A stretch of 64,000 nt of DNA. Source: Candidatus Latescibacterota bacterium. GTDB lineage: Bacteria > Latescibacterota > UBA2968 > UBA8231. Within the stretch, counting starts at the first letter, position 1. The number at the start of each line of letters is the position of its first letter. Below are positions 9,842-19,447 of the stretch, in pieces. Location of the stretch: contig OZ220089.1 of assembly GCA_964291625.2 (NCBI GenBank), positions 832,001 through 896,000 on the forward strand, in the 5' to 3' direction. The notes below the pieces were generated by a model, which saw only the letters and a list, made by a program, of their open reading frames with translations, was not told the DNA's origin and did no database searches. The position numbers and the translations under genes are program-made.

Positions 9842-10917
9842 CAGGACATCCTCAGGCCGAAGGAGTGGACGAATCTCGTGGACTCGACGAGCCAGCTCTC
9901 GGGCACCCTGATCAGCGCGTAGTCGAGACCGACCTGCCCCGGAAGGCGCCCGCGGTCCGGTGAGAGAGCGATGCCCAGGCCGAGGCGGTTGTACAGCCGG
10001 TGGCGGTCCTGGTATTCGTTGATCCAGCCCGTCCGCAGGGAGAGCCAGCGATAGAGGGTCAGCTCGAGGCCGATCCCGCCGAAGTCGGCATCTCTCACGA
10101 TATCGTCACTTTCGAAGCCGCCGCCGGCGGGTGGATTGAGGAACCGCCGGTACTCGGCGGTCATGACGAATCCCAACGGCGGAGAGATCTCCGTGGAGGG
10201 CCGGTCGATGGCGTAGCGGATTCCCGTGCGGAGATACAGGGGCAGGGAGATCCGGGATTCGGAGGTGCGGCCGTCAGAAGTGGTTGTATACACATGTCCA
10301 GAGGAGTGATTCTGCAGGGCCATTCCGATGGTGAGGCCGCCAAGGGGGCCGTCCGCGAAGTCACCGGCGTGGTAGAGCCCACCCAGATCGAAGGACGCAA
10401 CGTAGCTCGACTCCTGCTCGAAGCCCGAGTCGATCTGAGTAAAGAGGTTGAAGAAGCGGTTGAAGAGCTTGAGGGTTCCCCCGACCGCCATGGGCCCGCG
10501 GGATATGCCATAGGCCAGGGAGAAGGTCTGGCCGTAGAACCGGGCAGCCTCGGACGTGCCCTGCTCCATCCTGTTGAAGGCAAGGGCCACTCCGCCCAGA
10601 GGAGCGGGTGAAGCCACTCCGAGGCTCCACGAGTAGAGGTCCTCGATCTCCCAATCGTCATCGGCCCAATCGAAAGACCTGTAGTTGTAGAAGAGGTCCG
10701 TCCCCGACAGGAAGGCCAGGTTGGCGGGGTTGGAGGAGAGCGCCGCCGCCGGATTGCCCGCGTCGGCGACGGAGGACTCGCCCATGGCCACGCTTCGAGG
10801 GTCCGTTACTGTGTCGAAGGAGTGGTGGTTCGGGAGATACACCTCCTGCGCATGGCACATCGAACCCGCGAAGGACAGGATGGCCAGGCCGGCCGCCGCT
10901 CGTCCCGCGGGGCTCAT
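9838..10917 (-). CDS. PorV/UPF0164-like outer-membrane barrel protein
   Basis: Signal peptide then DPRSVAMGESSVA...NPANLAF, DLGGLY, LRTG motifs typical of PorV/FadL-like barrels; ATG 10917 overlaps oppA stop. Confidence 0.65.
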   Translation of the reverse strand: MSPAGRAAAGLAILSFAGSMCHAQEVYLPNHHSFDTVTDPRSVAMGESSVADAGNPAAALSSNPANLAFLSGTDLFYNYRSFDWADDDWEIEDLYSWSLGVASPAPLGGVALAFNRMEQGTSEAARFYGQTFSLAYGISRGPMAVGGTLKLFNRFFNLFTQIDSGFEQESSYVASFDLGGLYHAGDFADGPLGGLTIGMALQNHSSGHVYTTTSDGRTSESRISLPLYLRTGIRYAIDRPSTEISPPLGFVMTAEYRRFLNPPAGGGFESDDIVRDADFGGIGLELTLYRWLSLRTGWINEYQDRHRLYNRLGLGIALSPDRGRLPGQVGLDYALIRVPESWLVESTRFVHSFGLRMSW

Positions 10918-12908
10918 GCCCCCGGCCCGCCCACCGGCTCCAGGCGGATGAAGGTCTTGAGCAGTTCCCACTGCCAGGAGTGGGGGAAGCCGTAGGGGTC
11001 CTGCCAGCTCGGCCAGCCGCTCCAGCGGGTGGTGTTGCAGGGGTAGCGGATGATCAGCTGGGCCAGGAAGATGTCGGGCATCTCCCGCACCCAGATCTCC
11101 ATCGCCTCGGTGAACAGCTCCAGCAGCTCCGGGTCCCCCACCTGCAGGGGCGCGGTGCGCTCGACGATGCGGTCGAACTCCTCGTTGCGCCACCGCGAGA
11201 TCGTCGACCACAGGGGCGCCGGCTGCCCCGTGGGCCGGTAGTACTGGGAGGTGTAGTAGGAGAGCATCAGGTAGGGGTCCATGCCGCGCACGCCGCTGGG
11301 CCCCTTGCAGCCGAGGGAGGCCGTCTGCTCCCCGGTCTGCACCAGCGAGGTCAGGCCCGGCGAGGTGTCGAAGTTGGCGTCGAAGCCGGCGTCGCGCAGC
11401 TGCTGGGTCAGGGGCGGACCGTAGGACCGCAGCCACTGGGGCACGTACATGGCGATCTCGATCCGCTCCCCTGCCGCGTCGATCCAGAACCCCTCCTCGT
11501 CCTTGGCGTAGCCCTTCCCCTCCATGATGCGGACCACCTCCTCCGGGTGGGGGCGGCTGTCGTACCCGTGGCGGGCGAGGATCTCCTGCAGGGCCTCGTC
11601 GAAGGGGGCGAACCACTCGTAGGGGGTGAAGGGGTGGAGGGCGACGACGCCGGCGCCCGACTCGGCCAGCTGCACGACCTTGTCGCGGTCGATGGCCATG
11701 CTGATCGCCCGGCGGATCTCGGGGTCGTCGTAGGGCGGCTCGGAGCAGTTCATGTTGAGGTCGATGGGGCACCAGTCGAGGTAGCCGTAGGGCGGCTCCC
11801 TGCCGCTGAAGGTCACCACCCGCGGGTTGCGCTCCAGCACGCTCTCGAGGGTGAGGACCTGCATGATCGGCGCCATGTCGAGCTGGTCCGTCAGCAGCAG
11901 TTGGGCGGACTGGCTCTCCTCCTGCTGCGGCACGTAGATGATGCGCTCGATCCTCGGCAGGCGCTTGAACCCCTCCCGGGCCGCCCACCAGTCCCGGCGC
12001 AGGTCGTAGATCTTCTGGTAGGGCGAGGCGTAGACGAGGCGGTAGGGCCCGGTGCCCAGGGGCAGGCCGCCGTCGATGTCGTGGAAGGTGAACTCCAGGG
12101 GGTCCTCGTGGCGCCAGACGTGCTCGGGCAGGACCAGGATGCCGTGGTTGCTGCTCAGGGTGGTGGCCCAGAAGGCCGGGCCCGGCTTGTTGAGAAGGAG
12201 CCGCACCGTGTGGTCGTCGACGACCTCGGCGGCCTCGAAGAAGTCGGGCAGGTCGGCCAGGTGCACCATGGCCGCGGCGTTGTCGCGCAGCATCTCGAAG
12301 GTGAACGCCACGTCGCGCGCCGTGAACGGTTTCCCGTCGGCCCACTCGACGCCGTTGCGGAGCCGCACGGTGAGCACGGTGCGGGTGTCGTCGTACTCCC
12401 AGCTCTCGGCCAGCCAGTTCTCGTGCTCCCCGGTGAGCACGTTGTACATGATCAGCGGCTCGAAGACGGTGGGCAGGGTGCCCATGTGGTAGCCCTGGTC
12501 CGAGCCCGGGATGTAGGGGTTCTGGTTGTTGAACAGGGCGTACTGGTTGGGGCCGCCGTTCATCAGGATCATGGTGCGGTCCCGGGGGACCTCGGGCAGC
12601 ACGATCCCCTGCCCGCAGCCGGCCAGGACCGCCCACGCCGCCAGCAACAGTCCGCCGCAGGCCACCGCTGCCGGAGCCCGGCGCCGTGGCCGCCCGGCCC
12701 GGGGCCCGCGCCCGGCACATTCACGGAGGCTCGCTTTGCCGCAACTCCCCGGCGTCAGCGCATGGAGGCCCGGCCGCCCGGACCGATGCTTCCCGGCGCC
12801 GCCGCGGAGGCTCGACCTGCGGCAGCTCCCCGGCGCCGGCGCCCGGAGGCCTGGCCGTCCGGTGCGCTCGCTCCCGCCGGCGTCCCGGTGGATCCCCGCG
12901 CCCATCAC
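10914..12908 (-). CDS. peptide/nickel ABC transporter substrate-binding lipoprotein (family 5, OppA/DppA)
   Basis: Lipobox VLAGC; LAESWE, LRNGVEWADGKPFTARDV, GTGPY, IRRAISMAIDR; start either 12908/12905 (coupled to upstream stop) or GTG 12665. Confidence 0.9.
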   Translation of the reverse strand: MMGAGIHRDAGGSERTGRPGLRAPAPGSCRRSSLRGGAGKHRSGRPGLHALTPGSCGKASLRECAGRGPRAGRPRRRAPAAVACGGLLLAAWAVLAGCGQGIVLPEVPRDRTMILMNGGPNQYALFNNQNPYIPGSDQGYHMGTLPTVFEPLIMYNVLTGEHENWLAESWEYDDTRTVLTVRLRNGVEWADGKPFTARDVAFTFEMLRDNAAAMVHLADLPDFFEAAEVVDDHTVRLLLNKPGPAFWATTLSSNHGILVLPEHVWRHEDPLEFTFHDIDGGLPLGTGPYRLVYASPYQKIYDLRRDWWAAREGFKRLPRIERIIYVPQQEESQSAQLLLTDQLDMAPIMQVLTLESVLERNPRVVTFSGREPPYGYLDWCPIDLNMNCSEPPYDDPEIRRAISMAIDRDKVVQLAESGAGVVALHPFTPYEWFAPFDEALQEILARHGYDSRPHPEEVVRIMEGKGYAKDEEGFWIDAAGERIEIAMYVPQWLRSYGPPLTQQLRDAGFDANFDTSPGLTSLVQTGEQTASLGCKGPSGVRGMDPYLMLSYYTSQYYRPTGQPAPLWSTISRWRNEEFDRIVERTAPLQVGDPELLELFTEAMEIWVREMPDIFLAQLIIRYPCNTTRWSGWPSWQDPYGFPHSWQWELLKTFIRLEPVGGPGA
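12724..12885. repeat. degenerate 81-bp tandem duplication
   Basis: Units start at 12724 and 12805, both CGGAGGCTCG...CTCCCCGGCG...GGAGGCC(C/T)GGCCG. Confidence 0.7.
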
Positions 12909-13960
12909 CCGCCTCCGTGGGAGAGGGCGGCCACCTGCTCCTCCGAGAGCAGGTCGGCCTCCTCGTGGAGGAAGCAGGCCGCGGCGCGGCCCTCGTCGGT
13001 GCGCACCAGGGGCGGCGTCTGCTGCCGGCAGCGGTCCATGACGTGGGGGCAGCGCCCGGCGAAGGCGCAGCCGCCCCCGGGTGCGTGGGGGGCGCCGTTC
13101 TCTTCCCCTGCATCGGCGGCATCGGTCTCCGCGCCGTCGGCGCCCTCCTCCCCGCCCCAGCGGCGTCTCGTGTCCGGCAGGGGGATCGATCCCACGAGGA
13201 GCTGCGTGTAGGGGTGCTTCGGCGCCTTGATGACCTGCTCGACGCCGCCCACCTCGACCACCTCCCCCTGGTACATGATCAGGATGGTGCGGCTCAACTG
13301 GTAGGCCGTGGTCAGGTCGTGGGTGATGTAGACGAGGCTGATGCCGCGCTCCCGGTGGATGCGGAAGAGGGTCTCGAGGATGGTGGCGCGCAGGGAGGCG
13401 TCGACCATGGAGACGGGCTCGTCGGCGACGATCACCTTGGGGTCGAGGAGCAGGGCCCGGGCCACCATGATGCGCTGGCGCTGGCCGCCGCTGAGCTGGT
13501 GGGGGTAGCGGCCCAGGGTCTCCTCCGGGCGCAGGCCGACCGCCTGCAGGCCCTCCTCGATGCGCTGCCGCCGCTCGCCCCGCGACAGCTCCGGGAAGAA
13601 CCGGGCCAGCGGGGTCGCCAGGGAGTGGTCGACGCGGTAGAAAGGGTTGAAGACCTCGAAGGGGTCCTGGAAGACGGCCTGCACCTGGCGCCGGAAGGTC
13701 TTGCGCGTGCGCGCGTCCAGGTCGCCCAGCTCCGTGCCCCGGTAGCGGACCGAGCCCCCCGTGGGCGGCAGGATGCCCAGGAGCAGCCGCGCCAGGGTGG
13801 TCTTGCCGCTGCCGCTCTCGCCGGCGATGGCCACGACCGCCGGCTCCTCCTCGGGGATCACCAGGGATGCGCCGGCCACGGCCACGGTCCGCCGGCGGTC
13901 GAAGAGCCCGCCGCCGAAGGTCCGGCTCGCCTGCCTCGCCTCGAGCAGGGGCGCGCTCAC
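12905..13960 (-). CDS. peptide ABC transporter ATP-binding protein (OppF/DppF)
   Basis: GESGSGKT, LSGGQRQR, ADEP, HPYT and C-terminal Cys motif GCAFAGRC. Confidence 0.93.
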   Translation of the reverse strand: MSAPLLEARQASRTFGGGLFDRRRTVAVAGASLVIPEEEPAVVAIAGESGSGKTTLARLLLGILPPTGGSVRYRGTELGDLDARTRKTFRRQVQAVFQDPFEVFNPFYRVDHSLATPLARFFPELSRGERRQRIEEGLQAVGLRPEETLGRYPHQLSGGQRQRIMVARALLLDPKVIVADEPVSMVDASLRATILETLFRIHRERGISLVYITHDLTTAYQLSRTILIMYQGEVVEVGGVEQVIKAPKHPYTQLLVGSIPLPDTRRRWGGEEGADGAETDAADAGEENGAPHAPGGGCAFAGRCPHVMDRCRQQTPPLVRTDEGRAAACFLHEEADLLSEEQVAALSHGGG

Positions 13961-14958
13961 GGGGCCTCCCCGTGCAGGTGGCAGGCCGCCAGCCGCTCGC
14001 CCGCCCCGTCGCCGGCGGCGGTCACCGCCTCCAGGGGCGGGACGCTGGCGGAGCAGCGCTCCATCACCTCGGGACAGCGCGGGTGGAAGGGGCACCCCGG
14101 CGGCGGCTCCAGCAGCGACGGCGGCAGGCCGGGGATGCCGCGGAACTCGCCCCGGCGGTCCAGGGAGGGCAGGCTGTCCACCAGCAGGCGCGTGTACGGA
14201 TGGAGGGGCTCCTCGAGCAGGCCCCGCACCGGGCCGACCTCGGCCAGCCGGCCGGCGTACATGACCCCGATGCGGTCGACGCACTGGGCCATGAGCCCCA
14301 TGTCGTGGCCCACCAGGATCACGGCGGCGTCGAGCTCCTTCTGCACCCGGAAGAGGGTGTCCATGACCCGCTTCTGCACGACCACGTCGAGGGCGCTGGT
14401 GGGCTCGTCGGCGATGATCACCCGGGGGCGCAGGGCCACGGCGATGGCCATGCCCACGCGCTGCTTCATGCCGCCGCTCAGCTCGTGGGGGTACATGCGC
14501 GCAACGGCCGGGTCCAGCTCGACCAGGGCCAGCAGCTCCCGCACCCGCTCCCGCAGGGCGTCGCGGTCGGTCGGTTCCTCGTGGGCCTCGATCGTGTCGG
14601 CGATCTGGGCGCCGACGCGCATCACCGGGTTGAGGGAGTTCATCACCCCCTGGGGGATCAGGGATATCCGCGAGAACCGGACCCTTCGCATCTCCTCGTC
14701 CGACAGGGCCAGCAGCTCCAGCTCGTCGAGGTGGACCCGCCCTGCCTCGATGCGTCCGGGGGGCCGGATCAGGCGCATGAGGGCCATGGCCGTCGTCGAC
14801 TTCCCCGAGCCCGACTCCCCCACCAGCCCCAGCCGCTCGCCCGACCGCAGTTCGAAGCCGACGCCCTCCACGGCGCGCACCGGTCCGCCGCCGGTGTGGT
14901 AGTGGACGCGCAGGTCCTCCACCCGCAGCACCACGCGGCCCCCGGAAGCGGCGCTCAC
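13957..14958 (-). CDS. peptide ABC transporter ATP-binding protein (OppD/DppD)
   Basis: GESGSGKS, LSGGMKQR, DEPTSALD, GCPFHPRC. Confidence 0.93.
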   Translation of the reverse strand: MSAASGGRVVLRVEDLRVHYHTGGGPVRAVEGVGFELRSGERLGLVGESGSGKSTTAMALMRLIRPPGRIEAGRVHLDELELLALSDEEMRRVRFSRISLIPQGVMNSLNPVMRVGAQIADTIEAHEEPTDRDALRERVRELLALVELDPAVARMYPHELSGGMKQRVGMAIAVALRPRVIIADEPTSALDVVVQKRVMDTLFRVQKELDAAVILVGHDMGLMAQCVDRIGVMYAGRLAEVGPVRGLLEEPLHPYTRLLVDSLPSLDRRGEFRGIPGLPPSLLEPPPGCPFHPRCPEVMERCSASVPPLEAVTAAGDGAGERLAACHLHGEAP

Positions 14959-15809
14959 GAGGCCCGCCACATGCGGGGATTGGCGATGCGGTCCAGCCCC
15001 ATGGAGACGAGGAAGAGGCCGATGAAGATGAGCACGATCATCACCATGGGCGGCGCCCACCACCACCACATGCCCCGCAGCAGGGAGGTGTAGTAGAGGG
15101 CCCAGTAGATGGTCATGCCGAGGGTGGGGTCGTTCTGGGGGCCCAGGCCGAGGGCCTCCAGGCCGATGGAGGCCAGCACCGCCGCGGCCACGGCGCTGAC
15201 GAAGCTGGCCGCCAGGTAGGGCAGCAGGTTCGGCAGCAGCTCCCGGGCGATGATCTCCAGGTCCCCCATGCCCGACAGCCGCGCCACCTGCACGTAGGCG
15301 CGCTCGCGCATGGACAGCACCTGGGCGCGGATCGTGCGCGTCGGCACCATCCACGCCAGGGAGGCGACCACCAGGGCCATCATGTCCACGGTGACCGCGG
15401 TGCGCAGGGAGGTGGCCAGGACCACCAGGAAGAGCAGGCCGGGCACGGTGAGCAGCACGTCGGCGGCGCCCCGGATCAGGGTGTCCGGCAGGCCGCGGAA
15501 GTAGCCGGCCACGAAGCCGAGGAGGATGCCGATGCCGAGCCCCACGGCGCCGGCGAGGAAGCCCACCCGCAGGGTGAGAGGCGTGCCCGCCACCATCACC
15601 GCCATCAGGTCCCGCCCCGCCGCGTCGGTGCCGAGGGGGTGCTCCAGCGACGGCGCCAGGTTGGCCGGCGCCGAGCCGACGCGGGCCTGGTCGGTGTCGA
15701 CGAAGAGGGACCCCACGGGGCCGAAGGCCAGGACCAAAAAGACGATGGCCAAACCCGCCGCCAGCTGGGGGTGGCGGTGAGCCGCCGCGGCGATCCGGGA
15801 GAGCCTCAT
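14955..15809 (-). CDS. peptide ABC transporter permease (OppC/DppC)
   Basis: HPLGTDAAGRD, EAA-like YVQVARLSG, ELLPN. Confidence 0.93.
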   Translation of the reverse strand: MRLSRIAAAAHRHPQLAAGLAIVFLVLAFGPVGSLFVDTDQARVGSAPANLAPSLEHPLGTDAAGRDLMAVMVAGTPLTLRVGFLAGAVGLGIGILLGFVAGYFRGLPDTLIRGAADVLLTVPGLLFLVVLATSLRTAVTVDMMALVVASLAWMVPTRTIRAQVLSMRERAYVQVARLSGMGDLEIIARELLPNLLPYLAASFVSAVAAAVLASIGLEALGLGPQNDPTLGMTIYWALYYTSLLRGMWWWWAPPMVMIVLIFIGLFLVSMGLDRIANPRMWRAS

Positions 15810-16807
15810 CGGCGGTAGGCGATGCGCGGGTCGAGGAGCGGGTAGACCAGGTCGAGGATCAGGGTGACGGTGGCGATGGCGAGGATGACCATGACCACCA
15901 CCCCGTAGATGACGAAGTAGTCGAAGGTCTGCACGGCGCGGTAGAGGACCGTGCCGACGCCGGGATAGGCGAAGACGACCTCCACCAGCACCGCCCCGGA
16001 GACGACGTAGCCCATGGCCAGGGCCAGGGCCGTGGTCTGGGGCAGCAGGGCGTTGCGCAGGGCGTAGCGGAAGAAGATGTCGCGGCTCTTCAGGCCCCGG
16101 GCCTCGGCGTAGTTGACGTAGTCCTCGCCCTGGACGGTGACCATCATGCCGCGCATGGACAGGGCCCAGAACCCCACCGACGAGAGGACGATCGACAGGG
16201 CCGGCACGATGGAGTGGTAGACCACGTCGAGGGCGTAGGACAGGCTGGGTCCGGGCAGGGTCCCGAGGGTGAATCCGCCGCCGAGGGGGAAGGCCCGCAG
16301 GGTGAAGCCCAGCACGAAGACGAGGACCAGGCCGAGGAGGTAGTAGGGGATCGCCGACAGGGCCAGGAAGGGGGCGGCGAAGTAGTGCAGGGCCCCGGGC
16401 GAGCGCGGCCAGGCCAGCAGGGCCCCGAGGACGGTGCCGAGGGCGAAGGCGATGAGGGTGGCCGTGGTCAGCAGGCCGAGGGTCCACGGCAGGGCCCGCA
16501 GGATGATGTCGGAGGCGCGGCTCGGGAAGTTGGCGATGGAGACCCCGAAGTCGAGGCGGGCCACGTCCCCGAGATAGCGCACGTACTGCTTCCACAGGGG
16601 CTGGTCCAGGCCGAAGCGGGCCTCGTAGGTGGCGACCACCGCCTCCATGTCGGTCTTGCCCGCGCCCCCGAAGGAGACGGCCTGCAGCAGGCGCTCCCGG
16701 ATCGGGTTCACCGGGGCCATGCGGGGCATCATGAAGTTGATCGTGGCCCCGGCCCAGATGACCAGCAGGAAGACGCCGAAGCGGCGGAGGACGTAGTTGA
16801 GGCTCAA
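15806..16807 (-). CDS. peptide ABC transporter permease (OppB/DppB)
   Basis: FGLDQPLWKQY, DFGVS, DYVNYAEARGL, LRNALLP; TTG start. Confidence 0.93.
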   Translation of the reverse strand: MSLNYVLRRFGVFLLVIWAGATINFMMPRMAPVNPIRERLLQAVSFGGAGKTDMEAVVATYEARFGLDQPLWKQYVRYLGDVARLDFGVSIANFPSRASDIILRALPWTLGLLTTATLIAFALGTVLGALLAWPRSPGALHYFAAPFLALSAIPYYLLGLVLVFVLGFTLRAFPLGGGFTLGTLPGPSLSYALDVVYHSIVPALSIVLSSVGFWALSMRGMMVTVQGEDYVNYAEARGLKSRDIFFRYALRNALLPQTTALALAMGYVVSGAVLVEVVFAYPGVGTVLYRAVQTFDYFVIYGVVVMVILAIATVTLILDLVYPLLDPRIAYRR

Positions 16808-17033
16808 ATCGGGGCGATGCCGTGGGCTTCAGGGTGAACGGAAGCGTTGGAAGAAAGCGGATCGGGCGTCGGGGAGAAAGAGGCGGATCGTCCCGGCGGT
16901 GGTGACCGCCTCCGGCAGGGCACCTCCCGTCGGACCGCTGCCTCGCAGCGTACCACCCAAACGCCGCCGGCCAGCGCAAGGTGGCGGGATCCGGCGATCA
17001 CCGGCACCCCCGGGCCAACCTCCCGGGAATCTC

Positions 17034-18055
17034 TCAGCCCCGGGGTTCGAACTGGTCGGCCAGGTGCTCCGCCCAGGCGCGGTTGGCGTCGGCGGTACGC
17101 CCGGCGATATGGGGAGTGTGCACGACGTTGTGCCGGCCGATGAGGGGGTCGTCCGGCGGCAGCGGCTCGATGTCGAAGACGTCGGCGGCGAGGCTCAGCT
17201 CGTCGGCCAGCACCCGGCGCCGCAGCGCGGCCATGTCGCAGACCTCCGCCCGGGTGACCAGGACGACCAGGCAGCCTCCCGGCAGGGCGCCGATGTGGTC
17301 GGCGCTCACCAGCCCCCGGGTCGAGTCGGTGAGAGGGACCATCGGCGCGAAGACCTCGGCATCCTCCACCAAGCGCGCCAGGTGGTGCTCCCGGCGCGAG
17401 CCGGCCCGATGGAAGGCGGGTTCGGCCGCAAACGGGTCCCAGGCTGCCACATCGGCCCCCAGGGCCCGCGCGAAGGCGGCGTAGCGGCTGCCGACGTTGC
17501 CGGCGCCGACCACCCTGACCCGCTTGCCGGCGAGGGTGCCGTTGGCGAAGGCGGGGTCGTCGCTGAACTGCACCCCCCGCTGCCCCGGGGCCCCGATGCC
17601 TCCGGGGGACGCCAGTCCCAGTCGGGAGCGGCCGTGGCGATCCCGGTGTGCAGCTGCGGAATGCGGCGCAGCGCGCACAGGGTGAGGGCCAGCCCGCACT
17701 CGGCGACCGACTGTCCCCAGAATCCCTCGGACCGGTGTCTGTAGAGGACCACCCCCCTGGCGGCCAGCGCCGCCTCGCCGTCCGGTCCCAACCAGTGGGA
17801 CGCCCCCTGGAAGGTCGCCTCCCTCAGCGACGGAAACGCCTCCAGGCAATCGAGGGTGACGCGGACCCCGAGGCAGGCGAGCCTGCGCACCGAGGCGGCC
17901 TGTCCGCCGGCCACCTCTCCCAGCCGGCGGTCGTCCCCGTGGGCCAGGCGCCGGAATCCCACCTCCCCCTGGCGCTGCCAGAGGGCGTGGAAGTGGTCGG
18001 CCGCCCATGGCCAGCTGCCGTCGAAGGCGCTGTGCACGGCGATGAAGCTGTCCAT
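17034..18055 (-). CDS. D-isomer-specific 2-hydroxyacid dehydrogenase, frameshifted near 17600
   Basis: N-half in ORF 17306..18055 (SVAECGLAL..RRIP); C-half in frame of 17034 (VVGAGNVG, DVFDIEP, TPHIAG). Confidence 0.8.
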
Positions 18056-19447
18056 CTATTCGAACAACAGGTATCCGAACCGGTCCGGCCGTTCGGCGTA
18101 GCCGTAGGTGGGCACCCACTGGGCGTACTCGGAGGCGTTGCCGGTGCGCACCCGGCAGATGTTGAAGCCCCACACGTCGCCGGGAGCGAAGGCCGCCCCC
18201 TTGAGACCGGCCGCCGGCAGGGCCACCTCGGCCACCCAGAAGGTGTCGGCCACGAAGGTGGCGATCTCGACTCGGGTGCTCCACGAGCGTCCCTCCCCGT
18301 AGGCGCCGTCGGCGTCGTCGGCGACCGTGCCCAGGCTGTTGATGATGAACTGGAAGAACGACCGCGAGTCGTGGTTCGTGTCGAGGAAGATCTCGATGCA
18401 GTCGTCCTTGTAGATCTCCCGGGAGTCCCGCCGGGTGGCGTCGGCCACCAGGCCGGCCGTGTCCTCCTCGTAGCCCTTCACGGCGAAGTAGAGGGTCTGG
18501 CGGTGGTAGCCGAGCCGGGCCTCGGCCCGTCCCCTGGCCGGATGGGCGGAGAGACGGTGGATGCACTGGTAGAAGTCCTCGATCGGCTCGACCCCGCCCC
18601 AGGCCGGGTCGTCGAGCCGGCCGTCGATCACCGGCGGACTCGGCAGGGGACGGGCCGCGGCCACCATGCCGAGTGACGCGAGGTGCTCCAGGCCCCGCCG
18701 CCGCTCGCCGCTCTCGTAGTAGAGGCGGCCCAGCTTCTGGCCGATGTTCAGGCTCCCCGGGACCAGGTCCAGCGCCTCCCGCAGCAGGCTCTCGGCCCCC
18801 GCCGCGTCGGCTGCCAGGTAGAGCTTGTGGGCCTCGACCGCCATGTGGTCGGCCACGACCTCCAGCCACTCCCGGCGCTCGCGGTCCAGGGAGTCGGGCC
18901 GGTCCACGGCGCCCATCCGCACCAGCCGGCGGGTCAGGCTGTCCACCTGGGCGGCGGTGAAGAGCGACAGATCGATGCGGTTGTCGTCGAGACACATCAG
19001 CTCCAGGGCCTGCAGGATCTCGCCCTGCATGGCGGGCCCGGTCTCGACGGAGAGACGCTGCAGCAGGGGGTCGACCGACTCCGGCCGCCGCAGGTTGCCC
19101 AGGGCCCGGGCGGCGGCGGTACGAACGCCCGGCCCGGGGTCGGCCACGGCCCGCAGCAGGGTGGGGAGGATGGCCGGGTGCTCCTCGCGCAGGTGCAGCC
19201 GGTAGAGGGCCTCAACAAAGTCGATGCGCGCCCGCACCGGAAGGCTCCGGTCGTCGAGGGCGCGCACCAGTGGCTCCACGGCCCGGGCCTTGGCCATGTT
19301 CAGCTCCAGGCGCGCCTCCTCCACGCCCTCGCCCCCCTCGACGATGCGGGCGATGCCGCGCTCCACGGGGTCGCCGCAGGCGCCCGTCAGCAGCGCGAGA
19401 GAGGGGATCAGCAGGCGCTGGAGCCCGCGCCGGCCGCCGTTCCTCAC
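18056..19447 (-). CDS. lipoprotein with HEAT repeats, TPR-like segment and CBM9-like sugar-binding domain
   Basis: Lipobox LLTGAC; VRTAAARALGNL HEAT; PVIDGRLDD.AW, DDCIEIFLD, W.AEVALP, WGFNICR (CBM9_1); GTG 19447 overlaps upstream stop. Confidence 0.78.
   Translation of the reverse strand: MRNGGRRGLQRLLIPSLALLTGACGDPVERGIARIVEGGEGVEEARLELNMAKARAVEPLVRALDDRSLPVRARIDFVEALYRLHLREEHPAILPTLLRAVADPGPGVRTAAARALGNLRRPESVDPLLQRLSVETGPAMQGEILQALELMCLDDNRIDLSLFTAAQVDSLTRRLVRMGAVDRPDSLDRERREWLEVVADHMAVEAHKLYLAADAAGAESLLREALDLVPGSLNIGQKLGRLYYESGERRRGLEHLASLGMVAAARPLPSPPVIDGRLDDPAWGGVEPIEDFYQCIHRLSAHPARGRAEARLGYHRQTLYFAVKGYEEDTAGLVADATRRDSREIYKDDCIEIFLDTNHDSRSFFQFIINSLGTVADDADGAYGEGRSWSTRVEIATFVADTFWVAEVALPAAGLKGAAFAPGDVWGFNICRVRTGNASEYAQWVPTYGYAERPDRFGYLLFE

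Noticed and set aside
10608-13211. Long + strand ORFs antisense to real genes (also 27410-29347, 33435-36020, 46694-49180 and others)
   Set aside because: Shadow ORFs caused by high GC; no motifs, and the opposite strand has clear family signatures.
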